A DNA stretch of 57,632 nt. Origin: a virus. Lineage: Duplodnaviria; Caudoviricetes. Location of the stretch: the IMG/VR virus record IMGVR_UViG_3300012943_000037, positions 1-57,632 of that record, one strand, 5' to 3'. Below, piece by piece: positions 35,775 to 45,456 of the stretch (position 1 is the stretch's first letter; every line of letters begins with the position of its first letter). The translations under genes were made by a program, and so were the position numbers. The notes below the pieces were generated by a model that saw nothing but the letters and a program-made list of their open reading frames with translations, did no database searches and had not been told where the DNA came from.

Positions 35775-36543
35775 GAAACCTTTGGGAGGATGGGCACAGA
35801 AAATGAAGCCCTTTATTGAGAGTAAGGAAATGTGGGATTTATATCAGAAGATCAAGGCTGATGCCAAAACTGATATGATTGTACCCAGAAGTACTGAGAC
35901 TTTTAGGGCATTTGCTACATGTGCACCACATGAAGTAAAAGTAATATTCTTTCTACAAGACCCTTATCCAAGGCTGTATAAGAATGGTACACCACAGGCT
36001 TGTGGGATAGCTATGGATTGCAGGAATAGTCCTGATGGTAAAATCCAGCCATCCTTAGATTTGTGGTACGATGCCATAGATAGGTACTTGGAGAAAAACT
36101 GGGTAACTATGAAGGGGTATGAAAGGGAGACATATCCATACAAATGTGAGAGAAGTCCAAATTTGGATTATCTTCATCATCAGGGTGTTATGTTACTAAA
36201 TACAGATTTGACCTGTAAAATGGGTAAAACCAGCAGTCATGAGGGATATTGGAAGGAATTCTATAAGTATCTTTTAACTGAGGCTATGTATACCAACACA
36301 GGAACTATCTATGTATTGTGTGGAAAAACATCCCATAGTATGGAACAATTTATCAATCCACTGGGTAATTATATCTTTAAGCTGGAACATCCTATGGCTG
36401 CTGGTCATAGAGGTGATAACATCTGGAGAGATGAGGATATTTTTGCCAAAATAAATAAAATTCTGGAGGATAACAATGGAAAAGGAGCAAGAATCTGGTG
36501 GGACAAAAAAGACTGGGACTTCTACTCAGAACCACCTTTCTAA
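35719..36543 (+). CDS. ung: Uracil-DNA glycosylase, family 1-like
   Basis: VKVIFFLQDPYP, QGVMLLN, SHEGYW and EHP motifs. Confidence 0.82.
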   Translation: MTDLKSTMTTQKMNFQTFEKPLGGWAQKMKPFIESKEMWDLYQKIKADAKTDMIVPRSTETFRAFATCAPHEVKVIFFLQDPYPRLYKNGTPQACGIAMDCRNSPDGKIQPSLDLWYDAIDRYLEKNWVTMKGYERETYPYKCERSPNLDYLHHQGVMLLNTDLTCKMGKTSSHEGYWKEFYKYLLTEAMYTNTGTIYVLCGKTSHSMEQFINPLGNYIFKLEHPMAAGHRGDNIWRDEDIFAKINKILEDNNGKGARIWWDKKDWDFYSEPPF

Positions 36544-36907
36544 AGATGAAAGATTTGACGATATAATTCGTCGAAGGGAAATAATAATCAAAGAGATGGA
36601 AGAACTTAATAAGCTGGAAATCAATGCAGAAGTGCTTGATAAAAAGTTGGAGTGTCTTGGTAAAATAGTAGCCCTTCGTGGAGAGGCTATTGAATTAAAA
36701 TCAGAATTTAAAAAGAGAGCTGTTGTTCCATTTGAAGATGTAGAATGGAAAGATAAGTTTCAGGAAATAAAACAGGCAGGTCAGATAGATATTGAACTGT
36801 ACTCAGATATTGAGAAACTTATTATCCATTGGAATAATGATGGAACTAAGACAGCAGGTTGTTTAACAAGAAGAATTTTTCAGTTGTTAAATGATAAAGG
36901 AATATGA
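36476..36907 (+). CDS. hypothetical protein (start uncertain)
   Basis: ORF track. Confidence 0.5.
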   Translation: MEKEQESGGTKKTGTSTQNHLSKDERFDDIIRRREIIIKEMEELNKLEINAEVLDKKLECLGKIVALRGEAIELKSEFKKRAVVPFEDVEWKDKFQEIKQAGQIDIELYSDIEKLIIHWNNDGTKTAGCLTRRIFQLLNDKGI

Positions 36908-37194
36908 ACAAGAGAGAAAGACTGGAAAATGGGGAGAGCCTGATAACCAGTGAGAAGGGAAATAGTATGACCCCCTTAATTAAAAGTGGTCAGAAACATA
37001 AATTGGAGCCTTGTAAGTATGAGGATGTTGAGGTGGGAGATATTGTGTACTGTAAAGTAGCAGGAAGATATTTTACCCACCTAGTAACAGCCAAAAATGA
37101 ATCAAGAGGACTCCAGATTTCTAACAATCATGGTCATGTAAACGGATGGACTAAAAAGGTCTATGGGAAAGTGACAGAAGTATATAGTGAGTAA
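36904..37194 (+). CDS. S24/S26 peptidase-like small protein
   Basis: GNSMTPLIKSG, VGDIV and THLV motifs. Confidence 0.65.
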   Translation: MNKRERLENGESLITSEKGNSMTPLIKSGQKHKLEPCKYEDVEVGDIVYCKVAGRYFTHLVTAKNESRGLQISNNHGHVNGWTKKVYGKVTEVYSE

Positions 37195-37796
37195 TGGATT
37201 ATTTTAGTAGTGATTGGCATTTAGGACATGCCAATATCTTAAAGTTTGATAAGAGAGACTTTAAGAATGTACAAGAGATGGATGATTATATCATCAAGAT
37301 GGCTACCAGAACATTAAAGACTGGTGATAATTTCTATTATCATGGGGACTGGGCATTATGTCCACTACCTAAAGCAGAGGGTTATATGGCAGCTTTAGCA
37401 TCAACTGGAGCTAACTTATTCTTTATCAAGGGAAATCATGATAAGAAGGATAACATATCACTGTTTAAGAAGTATGGTACATTTCTGGGAGAACAGAAGA
37501 CTATTAACTTTAGGTTAAATGGTCAGGACTATCCTACTGTACTAAACCATTATGCAATGAGAGTATGGGATCGTTCTCATCATGGAGCATACCATTTATA
37601 TGGTCACTCTCATGATGGATTGGATAAGAATGGTGAAGTATGGGGCAGAAGTATGGATTGTGGTATTATGAGTGCTTTGAGAGTAAAAGGAGAATATTCC
37701 CTATTTACATTTGAGGATATTCATAATATACTTAGTAAAAGACAAATTAAAGTAATAGACCATCATGGTCTAAAGGAGAGGGGTTACACAAAATGA
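37194..37796 (+). CDS. Calcineurin-like metallophosphoesterase
   Basis: SDWHLGH, GD, GNHD and YGHSH motifs. Confidence 0.88.
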   Translation: MDYFSSDWHLGHANILKFDKRDFKNVQEMDDYIIKMATRTLKTGDNFYYHGDWALCPLPKAEGYMAALASTGANLFFIKGNHDKKDNISLFKKYGTFLGEQKTINFRLNGQDYPTVLNHYAMRVWDRSHHGAYHLYGHSHDGLDKNGEVWGRSMDCGIMSALRVKGEYSLFTFEDIHNILSKRQIKVIDHHGLKERGYTK

Positions 37797-38530
37797 GAGT
37801 GGTGCATATAAGTGATACTCACGCAAAACATAGGATTTTAAAAGTGCCTGAATGTGATGTGGTTTCCTTTACTGGGGATATGGGGACAAGAACTAACTTG
37901 TCAGAACTCAATGAATTTCTCATATGGTTTGAGAAATTACCAGCTAAAGTAAAAATCTTCATAGCAGGGAATCATGACATATGTTTGGATAAAAAGTGGG
38001 TACAAAAGGAGAAGAATGAGGGCTATATTCAAGGAATGTTAGCCAGTCAACACTGGCATGATGCCAGAGATTTGATTGCTCAATTTGACGTTAAGTATTT
38101 GGAAAACACAGATTATGTTTATGAGGGAGTGAAGTTCTATGGTTCACCATATTCTCCATCCTTTCATAGAAGCAGGTGGGTATTCAATGCTGATAGGGGT
38201 CAGGAAATCAAGACTATCTGGGGACGTATCCCTGATGATACTAATGTATTACTGACACATTCTCCAGCATTCGGAATATTAGATGAGGTTCCATTACAGG
38301 GACGTACAGATTGGCATAAGGATGGACATGTAGGTTGTGAGGATTTGATGGAAGTTATCCAGAAAAGGTTGACACAACTGAAATTGCACTGTTTTGGTCA
38401 TATTCATGACAATGCAGGTATTTTGATTAAGAAGGTTACAAAAACGAGGCAAGTAATATTTTCTAATGGTGCTTGTGTTAATAATCAATATCAACCAGTT
38501 ATTACCAAGCCGTTTATTATTGAGATATGA
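37793..38530 (+). CDS. Calcineurin-like metallophosphoesterase (MPPED-like)
   Basis: ISDTH, GD, AGNHD, THSP and FGHIH motifs. Confidence 0.88.
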   Translation: MRVVHISDTHAKHRILKVPECDVVSFTGDMGTRTNLSELNEFLIWFEKLPAKVKIFIAGNHDICLDKKWVQKEKNEGYIQGMLASQHWHDARDLIAQFDVKYLENTDYVYEGVKFYGSPYSPSFHRSRWVFNADRGQEIKTIWGRIPDDTNVLLTHSPAFGILDEVPLQGRTDWHKDGHVGCEDLMEVIQKRLTQLKLHCFGHIHDNAGILIKKVTKTRQVIFSNGACVNNQYQPVITKPFIIEI

Positions 38531-39621
38531 TGGAACAGATGGAATTACCTATCCTTTACAAGTACACAAGTAAAGGACAGGCCCAACAGTGGCAAATAGT
38601 TACTATGGATGATGCTTTCTATACAATAGAAGGTATTGTTGGTGGCAAGTTAACACAGTCATTACCAACATATTGTGTTGGAAAGAATGTTGGGAAAAAG
38701 AATGAGACAACACCTGTACAACAGGCCCAGAAAGAAGCTAAAGCTAAATGGCAGAAGAAAAAGGACAGTGGTTATAATGAGGTTTTGACAGATGAAAAAC
38801 CTTTCTTTGAACCAATGTTAGCAGAGAATTTGGAAGATAGGAAAGACTTACTCTTTACTGTTCCAACCTTTGTTCAGCCAAAATTGGATGGTTTAAGAGC
38901 AGATAGCTTTGGGAAAAAGTTGACAAGTAGAAATGGGAAACCATTTTTAGCCTGTCCCCATCTATATCAAAATGAGGTACGGTTGGATGGAGAGTTGTAT
39001 AACCACAGGTTAAAAGAGGATTTCAACAAGATTGTTTCTCTATGTAGGAAAACTAAACCTAGCAAAGCTGACATTGAAGATGCTCAGTATATGGTAGAGT
39101 TCTGGGCATATGATTTTCCAGATCATAAGGGTGTATTCAGTGAGAGATACAAGGCATTAGTTGCTTGGAAAAGACTGAATAATAACTCCAAAATCAAGGT
39201 TGTCCCTACTTATGCAGTATACTCTCAGGAGGATATTGATAAGTATCATGAACAATTCATTGAAGAGGGATATGAAGGAACTATTGTACGTCTGGATTTA
39301 GGGGAGTACGAGAATAAAAGAAGCAAACAATTGTTGAAATACAAGGACTTTGTGGACAGTGAGTTTGAGATAATTGGATATGAGGAAGGTGAAGGAGGTA
39401 GAACAGGTACTATTGGTAAGTTTATCCTGAAGCATGACACTAAAAAAGGGGTAACCTTCAAAAGTAATGTTAAGGGTAACTTTGATTATCTGAAGAAAGT
39501 GTGGGCTGAAAGAGACAGTTATATTGGAAAAACTGCAACAGTCAAACACTTTAAGAGAACCCCAGATGATATTCCTCGTTTTCCTTATGTAATTAAAGTA
39601 GCAAGAGAAGATTATGAATAA
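38527..39621 (+). CDS. ATP-dependent DNA ligase
   Basis: PMLA, QPKLDGLR, LDGELY, EGYEG, LLKYK and PRFP motifs; WGR-like N-terminal extension. Confidence 0.92.
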   Translation: MMEQMELPILYKYTSKGQAQQWQIVTMDDAFYTIEGIVGGKLTQSLPTYCVGKNVGKKNETTPVQQAQKEAKAKWQKKKDSGYNEVLTDEKPFFEPMLAENLEDRKDLLFTVPTFVQPKLDGLRADSFGKKLTSRNGKPFLACPHLYQNEVRLDGELYNHRLKEDFNKIVSLCRKTKPSKADIEDAQYMVEFWAYDFPDHKGVFSERYKALVAWKRLNNNSKIKVVPTYAVYSQEDIDKYHEQFIEEGYEGTIVRLDLGEYENKRSKQLLKYKDFVDSEFEIIGYEEGEGGRTGTIGKFILKHDTKKGVTFKSNVKGNFDYLKKVWAERDSYIGKTATVKHFKRTPDDIPRFPYVIKVAREDYE

Positions 39622-39868
39622 TTTAAAAGAAAACATAGAAGACTTCCTGAAAGGTGAAATGGAAGCTTTAGAAATTCCTATGACTCCAATCCGAGATGTA
39701 GAAGAAATTCTTAAGGAATTGGGATACAATGAGCTAGAACTTAATGGAGATGAAACAAATGGTTGGCAGGTAGATTTTTGGTACTATTTCTATAGTGAAA
39801 CACAACCAGTTCTACTTCTATCTGGAAGTCTACATTATGGAGATTTTAAATTATCAAAGGAAAAATAA
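39614..39868 (+). CDS. hypothetical protein
   Basis: TNGWQVDFW motif. Confidence 0.6.
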   Translation: MNNLKENIEDFLKGEMEALEIPMTPIRDVEEILKELGYNELELNGDETNGWQVDFWYYFYSETQPVLLLSGSLHYGDFKLSKEK

Positions 39869-39875
39869 GAGGATT

Positions 39876-40157
39876 ATGAGTAATTATTATGGTGATGTAG
39901 AAAGAGTAATCACAGATGTACCGACAGTAGAAAATATTGTACCGGTATTTGGCAATCCAGACCCATACGATATTGTATGTGCATATTGTGGATGTGACGC
40001 TGTTCAAGAGAAAGTATGGACAGAGATAAATTCAGGAAGAACTCATGATTCATGTGATGACGGAGAAGTATACTGTCCTGATTGTGAGGAACATGTAGCA
40101 ACTCTTGAAAGGCATGAATGGGAAGACAGAGATGATGATGAAGATGATGACAATTAA
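39876..40157 (+). CDS. acidic Zn-ribbon protein
   Basis: CAYCG...CPDC; in-frame ATG near 39876. Confidence 0.6.
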   Translation: MSNYYGDVERVITDVPTVENIVPVFGNPDPYDIVCAYCGCDAVQEKVWTEINSGRTHDSCDDGEVYCPDCEEHVATLERHEWEDRDDDEDDDN

Positions 40158-40167
40158 AATTAAGTAA

Positions 40168-41373
40168 ATGTCTCAGAAGGATTACAAAAAGCTTATTATG
40201 GTTACAGGTGATAACAATAATAAGTTTTATGAAATGATCTGGGAGGGAGGTTCCACCTTTACCGTTAAATACGGTAGGGTGGAGGCCACCTCTACAACAA
40301 TCACCTACCCTTATTCTCAATGGAACAAAAAATACAACGAGAAAGTTAAGAAGGGCTACAAGGACGTGACTGATTACGTTTCTGTAGAAGTGGTAGATAA
40401 TGGAAAAGGTGGTACAAATTATGCCAAAATATCGAACAATACTGTACATGAATTTGTTGAATTGATGAGACAGTATAGAGATAATTTGGTACAAGCTACC
40501 TACTCTGTTAAAGCTGAGTCAGTTACTCAGAAGCAAATTGATGATGCACAATCTATCATAGATGACTTAAATAAGTTAGCATCAGTTAAACAAACTGCTC
40601 AGGTTCAGGAAACTATTAAAGTTTACCTACTTAGATTGTATGGTACAATTCCCAGAAAAATGAGGAATGTAAAAGATCATTTGCCCCCAAATATTAAATT
40701 GGTAGAGGTACTAGATGATGAACAGGATAAGTTGGATGCTATGGCATCACAGGTTAATGCAAATAAACCTAAGGGTAAGAATGTAAAAACTGCTAAAGAG
40801 ATAACCATTCTCGATGAGATTGGTGTAACCATGACACCTTGTAAGGAGGAAAAGGAGATAAAATACCTAACTGACCAAGTTGCCAAGTTACCAAATAGGG
40901 CATCTATCAAGCAAATATTCCGGGTAGATAAGCCGGGTGAGAATATTACTTTTGAAGATTGGTTGAAGAAACAGAAGAATAAGGAGACACGTATTCTAAT
41001 ACATGGAACTAAATGTGAATCTGTTCTACCAATACTGGATATTGGGTTGAAAATCAGGCCCAAAGGTAATTTCCAATTCTCAGGTAAGGTATATGGTGAT
41101 GGGAACTACTTCTCAGAAACTATGAGCAAGTCTCTGAATTATACTGGATGGGGTACTGATAAGGTAATTTTGGTTTACGAAGTACATGTCGGTAAACCAT
41201 TTGTATATGATGGATGGTATAGAGGTAACTCTTTCTCATTGAATTACAAGGAGTTACAGTCAAGAGGATATGACTCTACCTTTGTTAAAGCTGGTGGAGG
41301 ATTACTTAACACCGAGATTATTGCCTATAAAGAGGAACAATGTCGGATAAAATATGTTATATGGCTGAAGTAG
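40168..41373 (+). CDS. Poly(ADP-ribose) polymerase-like protein (WGR + helical regulatory + catalytic domains)
   Basis: NNNKFYEM, YGRV, EKVKKGY (WGR); YGTIP (regulatory); HGT, G-x-VYGDGNYFS, KSLNY, TEIIAY...Q-x-RIKY (H-Y-E triad). Confidence 0.88.
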   Translation: MSQKDYKKLIMVTGDNNNKFYEMIWEGGSTFTVKYGRVEATSTTITYPYSQWNKKYNEKVKKGYKDVTDYVSVEVVDNGKGGTNYAKISNNTVHEFVELMRQYRDNLVQATYSVKAESVTQKQIDDAQSIIDDLNKLASVKQTAQVQETIKVYLLRLYGTIPRKMRNVKDHLPPNIKLVEVLDDEQDKLDAMASQVNANKPKGKNVKTAKEITILDEIGVTMTPCKEEKEIKYLTDQVAKLPNRASIKQIFRVDKPGENITFEDWLKKQKNKETRILIHGTKCESVLPILDIGLKIRPKGNFQFSGKVYGDGNYFSETMSKSLNYTGWGTDKVILVYEVHVGKPFVYDGWYRGNSFSLNYKELQSRGYDSTFVKAGGGLLNTEIIAYKEEQCRIKYVIWLK

Positions 41374-41672
41374 TAAAGTTAACAAGATACAAATGCAGTA
41401 AATGTGGTGCATTGTATGGTAGTCAAACAGATGCAGAATCTTGTGAAAGTCGTCCTATCACAAAAGATAAAGGTGCAAAGGTTGGTGATATTGTAACCAT
41501 CCTTAATGGTGAGGGTGCAGGACAAAAGGCAAAAGTTACCAATGTTCATGTTATTGACAGAGAATGGGGACATTATGCTTGGGAAAGATACTGGCATACT
41601 GTATCTGTAACTGCTGATCTGGTAGATGGATATGGTACAAGACATTTAACGTTTGATAGTTATAAGGTATGA
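41361..41672 (+). CDS. Zn-finger/KOW-like hypothetical protein
   Basis: CSKCG; KVGDIVTILNG. Confidence 0.55.
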   Translation: MAEVVKLTRYKCSKCGALYGSQTDAESCESRPITKDKGAKVGDIVTILNGEGAGQKAKVTNVHVIDREWGHYAWERYWHTVSVTADLVDGYGTRHLTFDSYKV

Positions 41673-42145
41673 GTAAATTTAAAGTAGGAGATATTGTTGA
41701 GGTTACAGATAATTCTACGAACTCCTATAAGAAAGGAGAACATGTCAAAATAATTTCGACAGGTCTCAAAGGCATATATGGCTGTCTCAATTCCGACAAC
41801 CTTCTCCAATCTATGGCTGAATATCAGATAAAACGTCTGCATGGAGAAGAACCTGATGAGGTAAAGGTAGGAGACAGTGTACTAATCATAAAGAATGAGG
41901 GTTATCATGTAATCCCTGTAGGTAGTGTTTGTAAAGTAAATAAAATATATAAAACATCAGGTCAAATCCGAGTTGATTTTTTATATCTTGGTACTCAAAT
42001 AGAACAGTATCTAAACAAGGAACATTACGAAAAAGTATATCATTTTCCAGAATCAACTCAATTGAAGACACCGAAAAAAAGACCTCAACGAAGAATTCAG
42101 GAAGAAACAACAAACGATAAAAACAAAAGTTTGTATGGTATATAA
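41669..42145 (+). CDS. protein with two KOW/SH3-like repeats
   Basis: FKVGDIVEV and VKVGDSVLI. Confidence 0.55.
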   Translation: MSKFKVGDIVEVTDNSTNSYKKGEHVKIISTGLKGIYGCLNSDNLLQSMAEYQIKRLHGEEPDEVKVGDSVLIIKNEGYHVIPVGSVCKVNKIYKTSGQIRVDFLYLGTQIEQYLNKEHYEKVYHFPESTQLKTPKKRPQRRIQEETTNDKNKSLYGI

Positions 42146-43004
42146 TTTATATAAGATATTGGATAAAGTCCAGATAATCCACAATAATAGTAAACATCCC
42201 TTTAAATTAAGAGAGGTTGTTACTATATTCCGTGTATTTGCTGACAATACATTTGATGTATGTAATGCAAATGGAGATTGCTGGAGAGTAAATGTAACAG
42301 AAATTTTTAAACTTGAAGACCCGATGAAACAAATGACAGAAGCTGTTATCAATACAGCTAAAGCACTGTGCAAAGCACAGAACCAAGTGACTACCTTAGA
42401 AATTAAGACTGAGGTGATGAGTAAATTCAAGCACTTTCACTGGACTCAGAATTATGTATCAGCAGTAATGGATGATGCATACAAGGCTGGTATGTTCACT
42501 TTTGTAGAAAGTGATGGTATATCAGCACCAAGACACAGAATTTATTCTGAAACAGGTGTAGTTATAAAAAATGTAAAAGTAAAAAAACCAATGAAAAAAG
42601 CATTGACAGTAGCAAAGAAAACAAAAACTGCTACTAAAGCAGTAACGAAACCTAAGGTTTCCGTAACACCCACTGTAAGAACTGTTCCAGCATCCAAAAC
42701 AATTAGCAAAACTAAGGCTTTGGAGTTGATGAAAAACAACAAAGGTCACTTCTTCACAGCCACTTTTATCAAAAAAGAGGGTGATGTAAGGACTATGAAC
42801 TGCCAGTATTTGAAAGATCAGTCCACATCTGAACTGGGATATGTAAAAGTAAAAGAGGCTATTAAAGCCAAAGTTGCTAAAAATGCAGCTAAAAAAGCTG
42901 TGGCTTCCAAGAAAAGGATGCCAAAAGAAGATGCTATCAGACAAATCAACATTCAGACTCTGAAAGAGTTGAAAATAGCTGGTAATAGCTACAAAGTGAA
43001 GTAA
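42135..43004 (+). CDS. basic K/A-rich protein with C-terminal SH3-barrel-like domain
   Basis: AKKTKTATKAVTKPK linker; FFTATFIKKEGDVRTMNC. Confidence 0.55.
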   Translation: MVYNLYKILDKVQIIHNNSKHPFKLREVVTIFRVFADNTFDVCNANGDCWRVNVTEIFKLEDPMKQMTEAVINTAKALCKAQNQVTTLEIKTEVMSKFKHFHWTQNYVSAVMDDAYKAGMFTFVESDGISAPRHRIYSETGVVIKNVKVKKPMKKALTVAKKTKTATKAVTKPKVSVTPTVRTVPASKTISKTKALELMKNNKGHFFTATFIKKEGDVRTMNCQYLKDQSTSELGYVKVKEAIKAKVAKNAAKKAVASKKRMPKEDAIRQINIQTLKELKIAGNSYKVK

Positions 43005-43011
43005 TTCACCG

Positions 43012-43049
43012 GGTTCTCATAAAGATTTCGTATCTTTGTGAGAACCTTT
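43012..43049 (+). terminator. Long hairpin (terminator-like) overlapping a TAnnTTTG promoter-like element
   Basis: GGTTCTCATAAAGAT-TTCGT-ATCTTTGTGAGAACC-TTT; TATCTTTG at 43031-43038. Confidence 0.55.
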
Positions 43050-43080
43050 CTACTTATGTGGAGAGGGAAAATTATTCACA

Positions 43081-43725
43081 ATGAGTAGAAAAACACCAAA
43101 GAAAACAAAGAGTAGGAAGACACCTGCTAAGAAAATTAAGAAACCAAAAGAACCAAAGGTCGGTAAATATTTAGGATTAGAGTATGAAAGCTTCTGTGAG
43201 TTATCCTGTCTGTTTTTTGCAGAGGAATTAATGAAGGAAGGTTACGTAGCAAAGGTAGAAAGATCACCATCATATGTTTTGTGTGATCCAGTTCAAAACA
43301 CATATGCTGAACAACTAAAGAAGAGCAGCAAACAAGTTACCCAGACAATCAGCTTGGGAGTAACATATACACCTGACTACGATATATATTTTACTGAAAA
43401 AGCCTTAGGGAAATTCTGTTGGGAATTAGGCAGTGGGGAAAAGTGGAGTAAAAATTTACTTGTAACCCAGAAAGTTGGAGATCATTATAGAGCTTGCTGT
43501 GAAGTAAAGCCAGACTTCCAACGTGCTTCAACTACCCCCAAATCTGTACAATCAATGAAATGGCTTATGCAGAGGAGGGGAGTATTCGTCAACTTGTTCC
43601 GTCCTAATAGAATGTTTGAAGGTTTATTTGTCCCAGACAAGTACCGAATAACAGAGAGGGGAACACCTAGAGTATTGAAATTCAAGGCATTAACATTACA
43701 ACAGTATATAAAAACTAAATTATGA
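43081..43725 (+). CDS. PD-(D/E)XK endonuclease-like protein
   Basis: YES-x-x-E, YTPDY and EVK motifs. Confidence 0.65.
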   Translation: MSRKTPKKTKSRKTPAKKIKKPKEPKVGKYLGLEYESFCELSCLFFAEELMKEGYVAKVERSPSYVLCDPVQNTYAEQLKKSSKQVTQTISLGVTYTPDYDIYFTEKALGKFCWELGSGEKWSKNLLVTQKVGDHYRACCEVKPDFQRASTTPKSVQSMKWLMQRRGVFVNLFRPNRMFEGLFVPDKYRITERGTPRVLKFKALTLQQYIKTKL

Positions 43726-44642
43726 GTGATAATAGAGTAGTCTATACGCAATGGCTGAAACGTGGAACTAACACATTCTTACCTACAGATAATGCAATTA
43801 CTGTAGGAAAGGTAGAAAGTGGTGTATATCATATACGTTTCAGTGACAATATGGGATTCTATCTGGTAAAGAAGGATTTACATTTGGATGATCTGATTAA
43901 CTTACCCAATCCTGAGGGTATGAAAGTAATGGAAGGTATCAAAACCTTCTGGCAAAGAAAGGACAAATTCAAAGAGTATGGATACTCTTACAAGAGAGGT
44001 ATTTTATTATATGGTGTTCCCGGAGGTGGTAAAACATCCATCATAAACTTGTTATGTAGGGAGTTGGTTGAGAATATGGAAGGTGTAGTTTTCACTATAT
44101 CTTCTGATGAAGACCTATCTTTATATAAGAATTTTATGGCTGAAATTTACAGAGTAATTGAGCCAGAAAGACCTATCATCACAATCATCGAGGATATTGA
44201 TGGTTTGTGTCAGCACAAAGAAACAGAGACAAAACTGTTGAATGTGCTGGATGGTATTGAGCAATTAGAGAATGTAGTCTATGTGGCTACAACCAATTAC
44301 ACTGAGAGATTATCAGAACGTATTCTGAACAGACCTAATAGATTTGATATTAGGATTGAGGTTAAGTCACCTAATGATGAGTGTCGTAGAATGTATTTAC
44401 GTCATAAAATCAAAGAAAATGACTTGACAGATGAACAATTAGAAGAATGGGTAACCCAAACCAAAGGTATGACAATGGCTCACTTAGGTGAAGTTATTAA
44501 GAGTGTTCTTATCTTAGGAAATTCCTTTGAGGAGACTATTAAGAATCTTAATGAGTTGAAAATCACCCCTGTTAGCAGAAATTATGATGCTGAGTTCAGT
44601 GAGAAAATTGGTTTTGGAATTGCTCCTAAAAAGACATACTAA
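43722..44642 (+). CDS. AAA+ ATPase (BCS1-like signature)
   Basis: YKRGILLYGVPGGGKTS, IEDID, LLNVLDG, TTNY and RPNRFD motifs. Confidence 0.9.
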   Translation: MSDNRVVYTQWLKRGTNTFLPTDNAITVGKVESGVYHIRFSDNMGFYLVKKDLHLDDLINLPNPEGMKVMEGIKTFWQRKDKFKEYGYSYKRGILLYGVPGGGKTSIINLLCRELVENMEGVVFTISSDEDLSLYKNFMAEIYRVIEPERPIITIIEDIDGLCQHKETETKLLNVLDGIEQLENVVYVATTNYTERLSERILNRPNRFDIRIEVKSPNDECRRMYLRHKIKENDLTDEQLEEWVTQTKGMTMAHLGEVIKSVLILGNSFEETIKNLNELKITPVSRNYDAEFSEKIGFGIAPKKTY

Positions 44643-44929
44643 TGTATAGAGGAAACATGGGAGATTTTGTCCAGAAGGTTTCCGATTACATAAAAAGGAA
44701 TTATGACTGTATTATCCACTTCACAAGAGTGGGTAGTACAGGTAATTCCTACTATGTAGCATTCTTTACACCGGGACAAATGGGTTCATTAGGGTATCAG
44801 GTATATGATACTGAGAACTTTGAGGAACAGGTATATGATTTTGTAAACAAAAATCTTGAAGACTATGTACAAGGGGAACATGATCGATTTTTTGACGAAC
44901 CTTCAGACCTATTTGGAGAAGAATTATGA
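44642..44929 (+). CDS. small paralog family member 1
   Basis: MYRGNMGDFVQKVSDYIKRNYD...DTENFEEQVY. Confidence 0.65.
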   Translation: MYRGNMGDFVQKVSDYIKRNYDCIIHFTRVGSTGNSYYVAFFTPGQMGSLGYQVYDTENFEEQVYDFVNKNLEDYVQGEHDRFFDEPSDLFGEEL

Positions 44930-45143
44930 TCTTACATTTAGAATATTATCATGGCCCGGCCCAGACTCAAAATGGGGAGATAGTAATACTTGGGTTGACC
45001 ATATGTTCTTTCTTAAATTATCTGAGGTTACAACAAAACGTGCATTAGCTATAGGTGGGGCACTACTGATTGAGGATACTCATGATTTTGAGGAGAAAGT
45101 CTACAGACATATTAATTGCATATTAAAAATGATGTATGTATAA
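44865..45143 (+). CDS. small paralog family member 2
   Basis: MYKGNMIDFLTNLQTYLEKNYD...DTHDFEEKVY. Confidence 0.65.
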   Translation: MYKGNMIDFLTNLQTYLEKNYDLTFRILSWPGPDSKWGDSNTWVDHMFFLKLSEVTTKRALAIGGALLIEDTHDFEEKVYRHINCILKMMYV

Positions 45144-45456
45144 ACAAAATATGTATGAGTTTGTTGAGAAAGTAAGTGAATTTGTTGAGAAACATTATGG
45201 TAAAAAATGTATGCTTGATACATTTAGGTGTTGTATTAACTTAGACGATGTGTTATATCGGAGAAAGAAAGCTCAATTTAAAAAAATATTAGTATTTTAT
45301 GTACAACATTCGGAATCATCATATCATGGTAACGAGGTTACAGATAGTTGGGATTTTGAGGAACGAGTATATGAAATATTGAAAGATGCTCTTGAAGAAA
45401 CAAGAATCTTGAGTAAATTACCCTATTCAAAACATTATTATAAAGGTAGAAAATGA
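45136..45456 (+). CDS. small paralog family member 3
   Basis: MYKQNMYEFVEKVSEFVEKHYG...DSWDFEERVY. Confidence 0.65.
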   Translation: MYKQNMYEFVEKVSEFVEKHYGKKCMLDTFRCCINLDDVLYRRKKAQFKKILVFYVQHSESSYHGNEVTDSWDFEERVYEILKDALEETRILSKLPYSKHYYKGRK

